Shown here: positions 39,756 through 48,835 of the stretch, piece after piece
Layout of the letters: each line of letters starts with the position of its first letter
Position numbering within the stretch: the stretch's first letter is position 1
Assembly: GCA_046481705.1 (NCBI GenBank)
Contig: JAWOJK010000331.1
Location: 1-58,650 of the forward strand
Source: Desulfobacterales bacterium
Lineage (GTDB): Bacteria > Desulfobacterota > Desulfobacteria > Desulfobacterales > JAABRJ01
Direction: 5' to 3'
DNA length: 58,650 nucleotides
Translations under genes and position numbers: made by a program
The notes under the pieces: generated by a model
The model's database searches: none
What the model saw: the letters and a program-made list of their open reading frames with translations, nothing else
What the model was told of the DNA's origin: nothing

Positions 39756-39995
39756 GGATCAGATCGACCTCCTGGTATTCGCGCTGCCCGATGGCGGCAG
39801 GGGTGACGGCGCGTCCGCACCTGTCCCCGGCCGGGGGCAGGCAAGGGGTGCGCGACCGTTGCCGGATTCGATCAAGATATCCGATATGTCGTTTTTTTCA
39901 AGAGTTTTATAATTGACATCCAAGGCGCATTTATCTATCCTTTTCGATATGTTCGAATCCTGTTGAGCCTTATCGGGCTCTGCCCGGGGTGCTGC

Positions 39996-40985
39996 ATGAC
40001 AACCATGACCAAACCGTTTTCCCAGGCGCAGCTGCTGGAATTGGCCGGCCGCTGGGTGAAAGCCGACGCCCTTCCCCGGCAGTTGAAGATCATCACGGAC
40101 ACCTCCGACTACTACCGGGTGGACTTCAATGACGTCGTGCTGCTCGACGGCGTTGCCTATCTGGTTCGCAACAACGCCAAGGAAGGGCGCTTCGGCATCG
40201 ACGAGCAGGAAAAATACTGGGTCAAACGGGCGGTGAAGCTTGAGGACGGCGCCAAGAAAATCATCAAGCTGGTGTTCTACGAGCGCTTCACGGCGACCAT
40301 CGGGAAAATCGCCTTCGAGTGTTTCCGCAGCCCGCGCAAGGAAGCGCGCATCCTTGCGCTGGTGAAGGGCCTGCCCAATTTCATGCAGGGCGTGTCGATC
40401 ACCGATGAGCGCGGAAACGTCGTCCGGATTCTCGACCTGATCCAGGGTAAGACCCTCGACAGCTTCATTTTTGGGCTCCCCAACAGCCACGAAGAATACT
40501 TTGCCGCGGACTTCCCGGGAATCCTGGATCACTTCATCGAGTGCGTTGCCGGCATCCGTCTGCTGCACGACAACGGCGAAAAACACGGCGACATCCGGCG
40601 GGACCACATCCTCATCGACTCCCACGACGGTCGTTACCGCTGGATCGATTTCGACTTCAACTACCGCCACCGTGAGAACATATACGGCTACGATCTTTTT
40701 GGCCTGGGCAATGTCCTGGCATTTATCACCGGCAAGGGCGACATCCTGGTCAAGGATGTGATCGCGGGCGTCCACGGGGTGCCGGCCGCGTTGACAACCG
40801 ACGATATCAATATCGTTTTTCGCAACCGCGTCGTCAATCTTCGCAAGATTTTCCCTTACATTCCCAAGTCGCTCAACCGGATCCTGATGCACTTTTCCGA
40901 AACCAGCAACCGTTTTTATTTGAACACTGGGGAAATGCTCGAGGATCTGCGGGAGGCGCGTTCGGCCATGGCCACGACCCCATAG
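39996..40985 (+). CDS. Atypical protein-kinase-like fold protein
   Basis: HGDIRRDHILID (HxD-like catalytic loop) and WIDFDF (DFG-like). No glycine-rich loop was recognised. The start is uncertain. Confidence 0.5.
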   Translation: MTTMTKPFSQAQLLELAGRWVKADALPRQLKIITDTSDYYRVDFNDVVLLDGVAYLVRNNAKEGRFGIDEQEKYWVKRAVKLEDGAKKIIKLVFYERFTATIGKIAFECFRSPRKEARILALVKGLPNFMQGVSITDERGNVVRILDLIQGKTLDSFIFGLPNSHEEYFAADFPGILDHFIECVAGIRLLHDNGEKHGDIRRDHILIDSHDGRYRWIDFDFNYRHRENIYGYDLFGLGNVLAFITGKGDILVKDVIAGVHGVPAALTTDDINIVFRNRVVNLRKIFPYIPKSLNRILMHFSETSNRFYLNTGEMLEDLREARSAMATTP

Positions 40986-41068
40986 ATCGCCGGGCCACTT
41001 TCGGTCACGCGCGGCATGGGGCAAAAAATAGCCGTTGGATCGCGGTTCATTTTGGAAAGGGGGGTGCT

Positions 41069-41524
41069 GTGAAGGGGCCTAATCGTAATATTCTAATAGC
41101 CGTTGACGACTCGGACAACTCCCGCCGGGCCGTGGAATACGTCGCCGATCTGATAGGCGGTCTGCCGGGTTTTAAGGTCGCGGTGCTGCATGTCATTGCG
41201 GAGCCCGAGGAGGATTTTTTCCCGACGGCTGCCGAGAAGGATGCCTGGATGAAACGCGAAGGCGAGCGCATCCACAGGGTGCTCGCCTCCTACCGCGAGA
41301 TCCTGCTGACCGCCGGCTTCACGGATGAGGCGGTCAAGACCCGCAGCACCATCAAATACTGCCCTTCCCTGGCCGAGTGCATCCTGCAGGAGCAGCCCGA
41401 CGATTACGGCACCCTGGTGGTGGGGCGCAAGGGGCGCACCCGCACCGAGGAGTTCCTCTTCGGCAGCGTGTCCTCGAAAATCGTGGATCATGCCAAGGAA
41501 TCCACGGTCTGGGTAGTCAGCTGA
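41069..41524 (+). CDS. Universal stress protein (UspA family)
   Basis: ILIAVDDSDNSRRAVEY...LVVGRKGRTRTEEFLFGSVSSKIV. GTG start. Confidence 0.8.
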   Translation: MKGPNRNILIAVDDSDNSRRAVEYVADLIGGLPGFKVAVLHVIAEPEEDFFPTAAEKDAWMKREGERIHRVLASYREILLTAGFTDEAVKTRSTIKYCPSLAECILQEQPDDYGTLVVGRKGRTRTEEFLFGSVSSKIVDHAKESTVWVVS

Positions 41525-41670
41525 AACCGAGGTCGCGGTTGCCGACAGCCCGAACCGCTGCACTGCTGAAGGTCGTCTGACAGGGCCGGAAGGCGATGCG
41601 CCCCAGGGGGCGAGACCCGACCGCTGCCAGCGCACGAAAACCAATTCGTCATCATCAGAGGGAGAGCAGT

Positions 41671-44418
41671 ATGCAGAAAAAGGATTTCATCCGGCAGGTT
41701 AACGTCGGTAGTAAAAGCTACCGGATTTACGATATAAAAAAGCTTGAAAAAGACGGGATCGCAGCCATCGCCAGGCTGCCTTTCGCCATTCGCATCCTGG
41801 TGGAGAACCTCCTGCGCAAATTGGACGGCAGGGTTGTGCGAGAGCAGGACCTGCGCAGCATTGCCGGCTGGCAGAAAACCTACGACACGCCGGTGGAGAT
41901 TCCCTACCACCCCGCCCGGGTCCTGATGCAGGATTTTACCGGGGTGCCGGCCGTGGTGGATCTGGCCGCCATGCGGGATGCGGTAAAATCCCTCCGCGGC
42001 GACCCCCAAAAAATAAACCCGCTCGTGCCGGTGGAGCTGATTGTCGACCACTCGGTGCAGGTGGATCACTTCGGCACCGTCAATGCCCTGCGGGACAACG
42101 TCGCCCGGGAATACGAACGCAACGGCGAACGCTACGGCCTGCTCAAGTGGGCCCAGAAGAGTTTCAAAAACTTCAGCGTGGTGCCCCCCAACTCCGGCAT
42201 CTGCCACCAGGTCAACCTCGAGTATCTGGGCCGCGTGATCATCGCCGAAGATGCCGGCGGGGCGGTGCTGGCCTATCCGGACACCCTGGTGGGAACCGAC
42301 TCCCACACCCCCATGATCAACGGTATCGGTGTCATGGGCTGGGGTGTCGGCGGCATCGAGGCCGAGGCCGTGATGCTCGGGCAGCCCTACTACATGTCCA
42401 TTCCCGAGGTGATCGGGGTGCGCATGCGCGGAGCCCTGCAGGCGGGGGTGACGGCCACCGATCTGGTGCTGGCGGTGACCGAGATGCTGCGCGCCGAGGG
42501 GGTGGTGGAAAAGTTCGTGGAGTTCTTCGGTCCCGGAATCAAGAACCTGACGGTGACCGACCGGGCGACGATCTCCAACATGACGCCGGAATACGGCGCC
42601 ACCCTGGGCTATTTTCCCATCGACGACAAGACCATCGCCTACCTGCACACCACCAACCGATCCCAGCGGGCCGAACGGGTCGAGGCCTGCGCCAAGGCCC
42701 TGGGGTTGTTCTATACCGGCTCGGAGACGCCCGACTACACCAAGGTGCTCGAGATCGACCTTGCCGGGGTGCAGCCCGCCGTGGCCGGCCCCGCGCGGCC
42801 CCAGGACCGCATTCTCCTCGGCGACCTCAAGCCGGCCTTCAGCGCGGTCCTCGGCTGTCGGTACGACCGGGACACGGATATCGCCGATATCTCCACTTTT
42901 CACAATGAATCCGGCAGCCAGACCGCTCGCCAGGACGCCTGTGAGCCCGGCGCAAAAAAACGTTTCGATGTGGGTCTCAACCGCAACCACTATCGCATCG
43001 GGGACGGCAGCATCGTGATTGCCGCCATCACCTCGTGCACCAACACTTCCAACCCCTCGGTGATGCTGGGGGCCGGCCTGGTCGCCAAGAAGGCCGTGGC
43101 GCGCGGTATCCACGTGCCGCCTTACGTCAAAACCTCCCTGGCGCCGGGGTCCAGGGTGGTGGTCCGCTACCTGGAGGACGCCGGTCTGAGTCCCTACCTC
43201 GATGCCCTGGGGTTCCATTTGGCCGGCTTCGGGTGCACCACCTGCATCGGCAACAGCGGGCCGCTGCACCCCGCGATCGAAAAGATCATCGCTGAAAACG
43301 ATCTGACGGTTGCGGCCGTGCTCTCGGGCAACCGTAATTTCGAGGCCCGCATTCACCAGAGCATCAAGGCCAACTTCCTGGCTTCGCCCATGCTGGTGGT
43401 GGCCTTCGCCCTGGCCGGCCGGATCGATATCGACCTCACCGCGGAGCCGCTTTCCTTCGACCCCAACGGCGCGCCGGTATTTCTCGGGGACATCTGGCCT
43501 AGCGCCGAGGAAATCGCGGTGCTGACCCGCAAGCACGTCAAACAGGCCTTCTATGCCGAGGAGTACGGCCGGATTTTCGAGGGCGACGAGTTTTGGAAAG
43601 CCATGCCGGTGACCGAGAGCACCACCTTTGACTGGAAGCCAGAATCCACCTACATCAAAAACCCCCCGTACTTTCAGGGGTTCGACCTGAACCTCAAAAA
43701 GCCCGGCGAGATCAGGCGGGCCCGGGCGCTGCTGGTTTTAGGCGACAGCGTCACCACCGACCATATCTCGCCGGCCGGGGCGATTCCCGAGGCCTACCCC
43801 GCCGGCCGCTATCTGCGCGGCAAGGGTGTGGCCGCCGCCGATTTCAACTCCTACGGCTCGCGCCGGGGAAACCACGAGGTCATGATGCGCGGGACGTTCG
43901 GCAACATCCGGATCAAAAACAAGCTGGTGGCCCCCCGGGAGGGCAGCTTCACCCGTAAATTCCCGGATGCCGGCGAAGTCTACGTCTACGAGGCGGCCAG
44001 CGCCTACCAGGCCGAAGGGGTGCCCCTGGTGGTTCTGGGGGGCAAGGAATACGGCACCGGCTCCTCGCGTGACTGGGCCGCCAAGGGCACCACGCTCCTG
44101 GGCGTCCGGGCGGTCATCGCCGAATCCTACGAGCGCATTCACCGCAGCAATCTAGTGGGCATGGGGGTTCTGCCGCTGATGTTTCTCAATGGCGACAGCT
44201 GGCAGGGCCTGGGCCTGGATGGCTCCGAATCTTACGCGATCACCGGGGTTGAGAACATGCAGCCCCGCAAGCATCTGATGGTCAAGGCCGTCCGGGATGA
44301 CGGCCGCGAGGTCGAGTTCGAGGTGCGTGCGCGGCTGGATACCGACGTGGACGTCGACTATTTCGAAAACGGCGGGATTCTGCCTTACGTGCTGCGCAAG
44401 GTGATGAAAGACGCCTGA
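41671..44418 (+). CDS. acnA: Aconitate hydratase A
   Basis: GGAGAG RBS. ICHQVNLEY, GTDSHT, the ITSCTNTSNP and GCTTCIGNSG cluster ligands, GSSRDWAAKG. Confidence 0.95.
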   Translation: MQKKDFIRQVNVGSKSYRIYDIKKLEKDGIAAIARLPFAIRILVENLLRKLDGRVVREQDLRSIAGWQKTYDTPVEIPYHPARVLMQDFTGVPAVVDLAAMRDAVKSLRGDPQKINPLVPVELIVDHSVQVDHFGTVNALRDNVAREYERNGERYGLLKWAQKSFKNFSVVPPNSGICHQVNLEYLGRVIIAEDAGGAVLAYPDTLVGTDSHTPMINGIGVMGWGVGGIEAEAVMLGQPYYMSIPEVIGVRMRGALQAGVTATDLVLAVTEMLRAEGVVEKFVEFFGPGIKNLTVTDRATISNMTPEYGATLGYFPIDDKTIAYLHTTNRSQRAERVEACAKALGLFYTGSETPDYTKVLEIDLAGVQPAVAGPARPQDRILLGDLKPAFSAVLGCRYDRDTDIADISTFHNESGSQTARQDACEPGAKKRFDVGLNRNHYRIGDGSIVIAAITSCTNTSNPSVMLGAGLVAKKAVARGIHVPPYVKTSLAPGSRVVVRYLEDAGLSPYLDALGFHLAGFGCTTCIGNSGPLHPAIEKIIAENDLTVAAVLSGNRNFEARIHQSIKANFLASPMLVVAFALAGRIDIDLTAEPLSFDPNGAPVFLGDIWPSAEEIAVLTRKHVKQAFYAEEYGRIFEGDEFWKAMPVTESTTFDWKPESTYIKNPPYFQGFDLNLKKPGEIRRARALLVLGDSVTTDHISPAGAIPEAYPAGRYLRGKGVAAADFNSYGSRRGNHEVMMRGTFGNIRIKNKLVAPREGSFTRKFPDAGEVYVYEAASAYQAEGVPLVVLGGKEYGTGSSRDWAAKGTTLLGVRAVIAESYERIHRSNLVGMGVLPLMFLNGDSWQGLGLDGSESYAITGVENMQPRKHLMVKAVRDDGREVEFEVRARLDTDVDVDYFENGGILPYVLRKVMKDA

Positions 44419-44461
44419 GGCGGCGGGTCTGGGCGCGACCACTGGGTCTCTGAAGTTCACT

Positions 44462-44508
44462 GGGCCGAAGGTGCGCGGCCGAACCGGCCGCCCCTTCGGC
44501 CCTTTTTT
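44462..44508. terminator. Strong rho-independent terminator between the convergent acnA and lon-like genes
   Basis: gggccgaagg ... gcggccg aac cggccgc ... ccttcggccc tttttt. Confidence 0.7.
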
Positions 44509-46831
44509 ACAACCGGGTCTCAAACGCGGCCACAGCGGGGGGTACGCCCGCAGATCCCTCCGGCCCAGCGGCCGCGCCGGTCTGGCGCATCCGGTGGATC
44601 AATTCCAGGTCCTTGCGGGTTCTGGCCGCCATGCGGAGCTCCACCGCCTCGCGCGTCAGCCCCATCAGGACCGTGTAGGCGTGGAACTTGGTTCTGCAGA
44701 AAAAGATGTCGAACGGCGCTTGGCGGGCGTCCTCGCGGAAGATCCGGATGCCGGGGATCTCCTCCAGCTGCGTGTATTCGAATTGGGCGTTGATCAGCAG
44801 GGGTTCGATGTCGTGTTTGTTCTGCCAGGGGATGCAGGCCCCCAGCATGCCGAGGTCCGGATCCATGATGGCGCGCACCTTCGCGGTGACCCCGCCGACC
44901 GCCAGGATGATGTCGCCGGTGAGGGAGCCGGTCACCCCGTAGGTCTGGTTGACCGGCTGTTGGATGAAGTCTGAGATCAGGGCCACGTCCATGGCCACCG
45001 ACGCGCTGTCGCCCTCCACGCCGCCGTGGGCCTGGATGTATTCCACATGCATTTCGTAGCCGACATAGGGCGCCCCGATGGTTTTGAGCACCTTCTTGAT
45101 CGAGGCGCGTACATTCTGGGCCGCGGCCTTGGCGATATCGCCGGTTTTACCGGGGGCGCTGACCGTGTCGGATGCGCCGGCGTTGATCTGGCAGTGGATC
45201 GGCAGCGGCTGGCCGTACATCTGGCCGCTGGCGCGGGACTGGACCACCGCCAGGCCGACCACGTAACCGACGGCGTCGGTCATGGCGCTGATGTATTTTT
45301 TGAGGTCCTTCTTGTGTTCCTGGATTTCGCGGTTGAGGGCCCCTTCCAAGCTCAGGTGCACCGCCAACGCCTGGCGCACGTGGGCGGCTTCCACGCGGTC
45401 GGCGTTTTCCAGGATGGCCGCATGTTCGGCCGTCCGGATAATGCCGTTGACCGGCCGCAGGATGGCGCTCAGCTTGCCGTCGGCGGCGCGGCACCGAAGC
45501 TCGCGGATGATCTCGAGCACCGCCCCCCGGGAAAACTCACGGGCCGTGAGGGTGTATTCCCGGGGAAGTCTGCGACCAAAAATGTGCTCACTGCGCCGAC
45601 GGACCCCCGCATGTCCTTCGCGTGAGATGATCTCACCCCAGACCCTTTCAAACTCCGCTCCCAACCCGTCGATTTCCTGCTTGATATACTGGGCCACCTG
45701 GCGGACGGTTTCCGGGCTCTCGGCAACGGCGCTTTCCATCTGGATGATTTCCCCGCGGTCTTCGATTCGGCTGAGAAACGCGCCGTCGCCTTCCCCCTGG
45801 AGGTAGGCCAGGGTGTCGTGGTTGCAGCAGGCGATGATGATGTTGTCGGCCTTGAGGTGGTTTTCCGAGCGGTCAGCCGCACCGCTGCCGGTATTGCGGC
45901 CCCCTTCGAGGACGTAGCGTTGGTTTTGCATGATCTCCAGCAGGTCGGCCATATACCCGGCCTTTACGAGGGTTTTGAGTTCGTCAATGTAAATGATCGG
46001 CGCACGCGCGTGCGCCCCGAGGTAGGCGCGTTTGTGCGCCGGGGTCTGCAGGTCGCCGGACTGGTAGGGATCGTGGCGGAAACCACCTTTCATGCTGCGG
46101 GCATCGGGTTCGGAAACCCGCGCCATCAGCTCGCGGTCGCGGCGCGGGTCGTAGAGCACCTCGGGCAGCTGATCGGTGAGCTGTTTGACCACCAAACGCC
46201 GGCCGCCGGGTCCCTGGCGCTGGATTTGCTCCTGGGCGCGGTGATTGTTCTCCTGCATGAAAAGAAAGATCGCGCCCATGCCGCACAGCCCGGTGGCGAT
46301 CAGGGCCGGGGGGAAAAACAGACCGGTCAGGGCGCTCAGTGCGGTGCCCCAGACCAGGCCGATCTTAACCCTGCGCACCGCGCTGATCTGCTCGTCCAGG
46401 TTGAAGTCGTCGGCCTGCTGGGCCGCCGCCGCGATCTCGCGGCCGATGTTCTCCAGACGCTGGTCGAGTTTTTCGGGAACCTCGTAGGCAAAACGGACAT
46501 GGTTCTTGTCCTTCCCGGGGTAGGCCGCGATGGCGGTTTGCGGCCGCAGGTAATCCCCCAGGGAGCGCTCCAAAACGTCGCGGAACATGTCGGCCAGCAG
46601 GGACTTGCCGGTTCCCGGGCGGCCGACCATCAGGATGTGGCCCTTGCTGTGGGCGATTTTGCGGATCGCCGTTTTGGCCCGGTCCTGAAAAATGACCCGT
46701 TCGACCGGGTCTTCGGGGAGGCGGATATCGGCGGTGTCCTCGAAAAAGGCAAGGCGCTTTTCCAGCTTTGCGGGATAGCTCAACAGCTCCTGAATCCAGC
46801 GGTAGTCGTTCGCGGAGTAGTTACTGCTCAT
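44507..46831 (-). CDS. Membrane-inserted LonB-type AAA+ serine protease
   Basis: Walker A GRPGTGKS. Two hydrophobic helices (IGLVWGTALSALTGLFF, ALIATGLCGMGAIFLFM) are inserted before Walker B IIYIDEL. The Lon proteolytic domain carries VEGDSASVA (Ser) and GGVTAKV (Lys). Confidence 0.8.
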   Translation of the reverse strand: MSSNYSANDYRWIQELLSYPAKLEKRLAFFEDTADIRLPEDPVERVIFQDRAKTAIRKIAHSKGHILMVGRPGTGKSLLADMFRDVLERSLGDYLRPQTAIAAYPGKDKNHVRFAYEVPEKLDQRLENIGREIAAAAQQADDFNLDEQISAVRRVKIGLVWGTALSALTGLFFPPALIATGLCGMGAIFLFMQENNHRAQEQIQRQGPGGRRLVVKQLTDQLPEVLYDPRRDRELMARVSEPDARSMKGGFRHDPYQSGDLQTPAHKRAYLGAHARAPIIYIDELKTLVKAGYMADLLEIMQNQRYVLEGGRNTGSGAADRSENHLKADNIIIACCNHDTLAYLQGEGDGAFLSRIEDRGEIIQMESAVAESPETVRQVAQYIKQEIDGLGAEFERVWGEIISREGHAGVRRRSEHIFGRRLPREYTLTAREFSRGAVLEIIRELRCRAADGKLSAILRPVNGIIRTAEHAAILENADRVEAAHVRQALAVHLSLEGALNREIQEHKKDLKKYISAMTDAVGYVVGLAVVQSRASGQMYGQPLPIHCQINAGASDTVSAPGKTGDIAKAAAQNVRASIKKVLKTIGAPYVGYEMHVEYIQAHGGVEGDSASVAMDVALISDFIQQPVNQTYGVTGSLTGDIILAVGGVTAKVRAIMDPDLGMLGACIPWQNKHDIEPLLINAQFEYTQLEEIPGIRIFREDARQAPFDIFFCRTKFHAYTVLMGLTREAVELRMAARTRKDLELIHRMRQTGAAAGPEGSAGVPPAVAAFETRL

Positions 46832-48056
46832 GCTTGCCCCCCTTGATGGCGTCCAGCAGGTAATAGCGCCCGGCTTCGGATACCCACGCGCGCTTGTTGA
46901 TCTCTGAGTAGACCAGCGGAAGCTCGTCCCGCAGCGGGTCCAAAGCGCGCAGGTCGTGCATCACGGCGATATGGGTGAAGAGCTTTTGTGCACCGGGGCC
47001 GGACTGTGGCAGGTAATTGAAGGCGATCCCGTACTGCAGCTGGTTGAGGGAGTCAATCAGCGCCCGGCGGGTCTCGGAGTTCAGGGGGTGGGCGTCAACG
47101 ACGCTCTGGTAGATGGCCGGGAGCCCGGCTTTGGCGTAGTCGATTTCAAGGTGTTGGTTAAAGTAAAGCTTGAAGGCTCGGGCCCCGCCCAGGGTGCAGG
47201 CCTCAAGGGCGTCCCTGAAGGTCGGGGTGGCATCGATGGCCTGCTGGAAGAGCTGAAGATAGTGTAAAAGCCGAATATCCGCCACCTGAAAGGCGATGCT
47301 GCCGTCACTGTTCAGAACGAGGGCTTGCACCTCGGATTGCCCCGGAAAGCGCATCAGGCGATGGCGCTTGCCGGGGTCAAAGTTCTTAAAATCAAAGCCT
47401 TGCAACTCAAACAAGCCGTCGGCCACGTATGCTTTTTCGATAATGACCTTCACCGGCCGGTTCAAGTGTTTGGCGATGTAGTCGCGCTTTTCCGTCAGGC
47501 TGCCCCGCAGGTTGAGACGGGAGCGGTGGCCGCCTGCATCCGCGCAAACCCCTTTGAGGTCTGCCACGCGTTTCTCCTCTAAGCCATCCAAGCGGACCAG
47601 AACGGGGTTGTAGGGTTTGAGTGCGGCTTCGAGCCGCGCAAGATGCGCTTCCAGATTCGGTTCCTGGAGGGTGGGGGTGCCGCCGCTGCTCTCCGATATC
47701 AGCACCTCCGAGGGGGCGAGCGGGCCGGCGGGCGCCGTGCCACCGCGCTGGGGCAGCAGCCGGCGCAGGCGAAAAGCGCCGGACCGGATCCAACCGGGCG
47801 GGGAAACCACTTCGCAGCCGATCAGCTTTTTTTCGATTTCAATCGGGTGGGGGGCCAGCAGGTAGCGGCCGAGATCGGATATGGCGTATTCCCGCACCGG
47901 ACCCCGGGCGTTTTCCAGCCCCGGCGCGGTTTGCCGCGGCTTCAGGTAACGGCCATCCGCGATGATCCAGGCGGCTGGGGCCTGCAGGGGGGGAGCAGAG
48001 GTCATGGTGTCCTTGGTTTCTTTTTTCCGGTTCGCGGTTGAATTCGGTGCTGTCAT
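46821..48056 (-). CDS. Uncharacterised soluble protein overlapping the LonB-type protease gene by 11 nt
   Basis: Coding-like composition and an 11-nt overlap with the downstream lon-like start. No recognised motif. An alternative start at 48005 has an AAGGA RBS. Confidence 0.6.
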   Translation of the reverse strand: MTAPNSTANRKKETKDTMTSAPPLQAPAAWIIADGRYLKPRQTAPGLENARGPVREYAISDLGRYLLAPHPIEIEKKLIGCEVVSPPGWIRSGAFRLRRLLPQRGGTAPAGPLAPSEVLISESSGGTPTLQEPNLEAHLARLEAALKPYNPVLVRLDGLEEKRVADLKGVCADAGGHRSRLNLRGSLTEKRDYIAKHLNRPVKVIIEKAYVADGLFELQGFDFKNFDPGKRHRLMRFPGQSEVQALVLNSDGSIAFQVADIRLLHYLQLFQQAIDATPTFRDALEACTLGGARAFKLYFNQHLEIDYAKAGLPAIYQSVVDAHPLNSETRRALIDSLNQLQYGIAFNYLPQSGPGAQKLFTHIAVMHDLRALDPLRDELPLVYSEINKRAWVSEAGRYYLLDAIKGGKHEQ

Positions 48057-48228
48057 GCCGGAGACCCGCCGCCCGGTGATCCGAAACCCCGACGGTCTGA
48101 CCTAAACCGTCCGACCCGGTGGGGCGTGACGCGTTGGCGGCGCGGGCAGGGGTGGCGGCGAAAATCCGGGGAGACGCGTCCATGGCGGAATTCCCGGTCG
48201 ACGCCGCTTCCCTTCGCCAGGAATCACA

Positions 48229-48245
48229 AGCAATTTAAATGCCCA
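48229..48245 (-). promoter_or_regulatory. Candidate sigma-54 promoter (-24 GG / -12 GC)
   Basis: The minus strand reads tGGGCAtttaaaTTGCt against the consensus TGGCAC-N5-TTGCW. It lies about 170-220 nt upstream of the hypothetical/lon-like pair. Confidence 0.35.
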
Positions 48246-48399
48246 AAACAGCTGACAAAATTTTTCTTATGAAGTCAATAGGTTGGTAGATATTCGAGCG
48301 GGTTGGGGCGGGACGGTGCCGGGAAGATGGGATGAAAACAGGAAATAAAATACATATTTCATCGGAAAGGACCCACCCGCCGTGTCCGCCGGCTGGTGG

Positions 48400-48798
48400 C
48401 TACTCCCCCTTGAAAACGGCGTTGACCAGCCACATCCCCACCAGAACCAGCAGGAGACCGCAGCAGTTGTTGAGCACCACGTTGGCCACAGCCACGAGCC
48501 CCGCAGCGCTGCGGAGGCCGTTGACCGTTTCGAGGGCGTAGGTGGAAAAGGTGGTCAGTCCGCCGAGAAAGCCGGTCATGAAAAATAGGCGCGCGGACGG
48601 GGAGAAAAGCTGAACCCGGCCAGAGAGCGCAAAGGCCGCCCCGATTAGAAGGCAGCCGGTCAGGTTGGCCGCCAGCGTGCCATACGGAAAGCGGGTGCCC
48701 ATCAAGCCGGCGGCCGCGAGCGCAAACAGGTGGCGGCAGCCGGTGCCAAGACTGCCGCCGAGCATCACAAGCGCGAATTTGGCCACAACAGGTGCCAT
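48400..48798 (-). CDS. crcB: Fluoride ion channel CrcB
   Basis: 132 aa, 4 TM segments, GGSLGTGCR, YGTLAANL.GC, GFLGGLTTFSTY. Confidence 0.85.
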   Translation of the reverse strand: MAPVVAKFALVMLGGSLGTGCRHLFALAAAGLMGTRFPYGTLAANLTGCLLIGAAFALSGRVQLFSPSARLFFMTGFLGGLTTFSTYALETVNGLRSAAGLVAVANVVLNNCCGLLLVLVGMWLVNAVFKGE

Positions 48799-48835
48799 GT
48801 CGCTTCGCAACAACCCGCTCCGGCCGCCGGGTCTC

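Noticed and set aside
41488-43536. 682-aa minus-strand ORF, plus similar long antisense ORFs: 520-1821, 2325-3671, 4169-5371, 16636-17763, 19699-21282, 20867-22477, 22484-23413, 25167-26132, 30681-31853, 32462-33688, 34472-35737, 39759-41024, 45818-46846, 49202-50377, 51019-52239, 52509-53573, 55229-56065, 56102-57457 and 56497-57684
   Set aside because: These are high-GC shadow ORFs opposite genes with diagnostic motifs. Their translations are dominated by R/G/P/A/H/Q runs and show no family signatures.
48799-48835. Fluoride riboswitch upstream of crcB
   Set aside because: The gap to the upstream histidine kinase gene is only 37 nt, too short for the roughly 60-80-nt crcB motif plus an expression platform.
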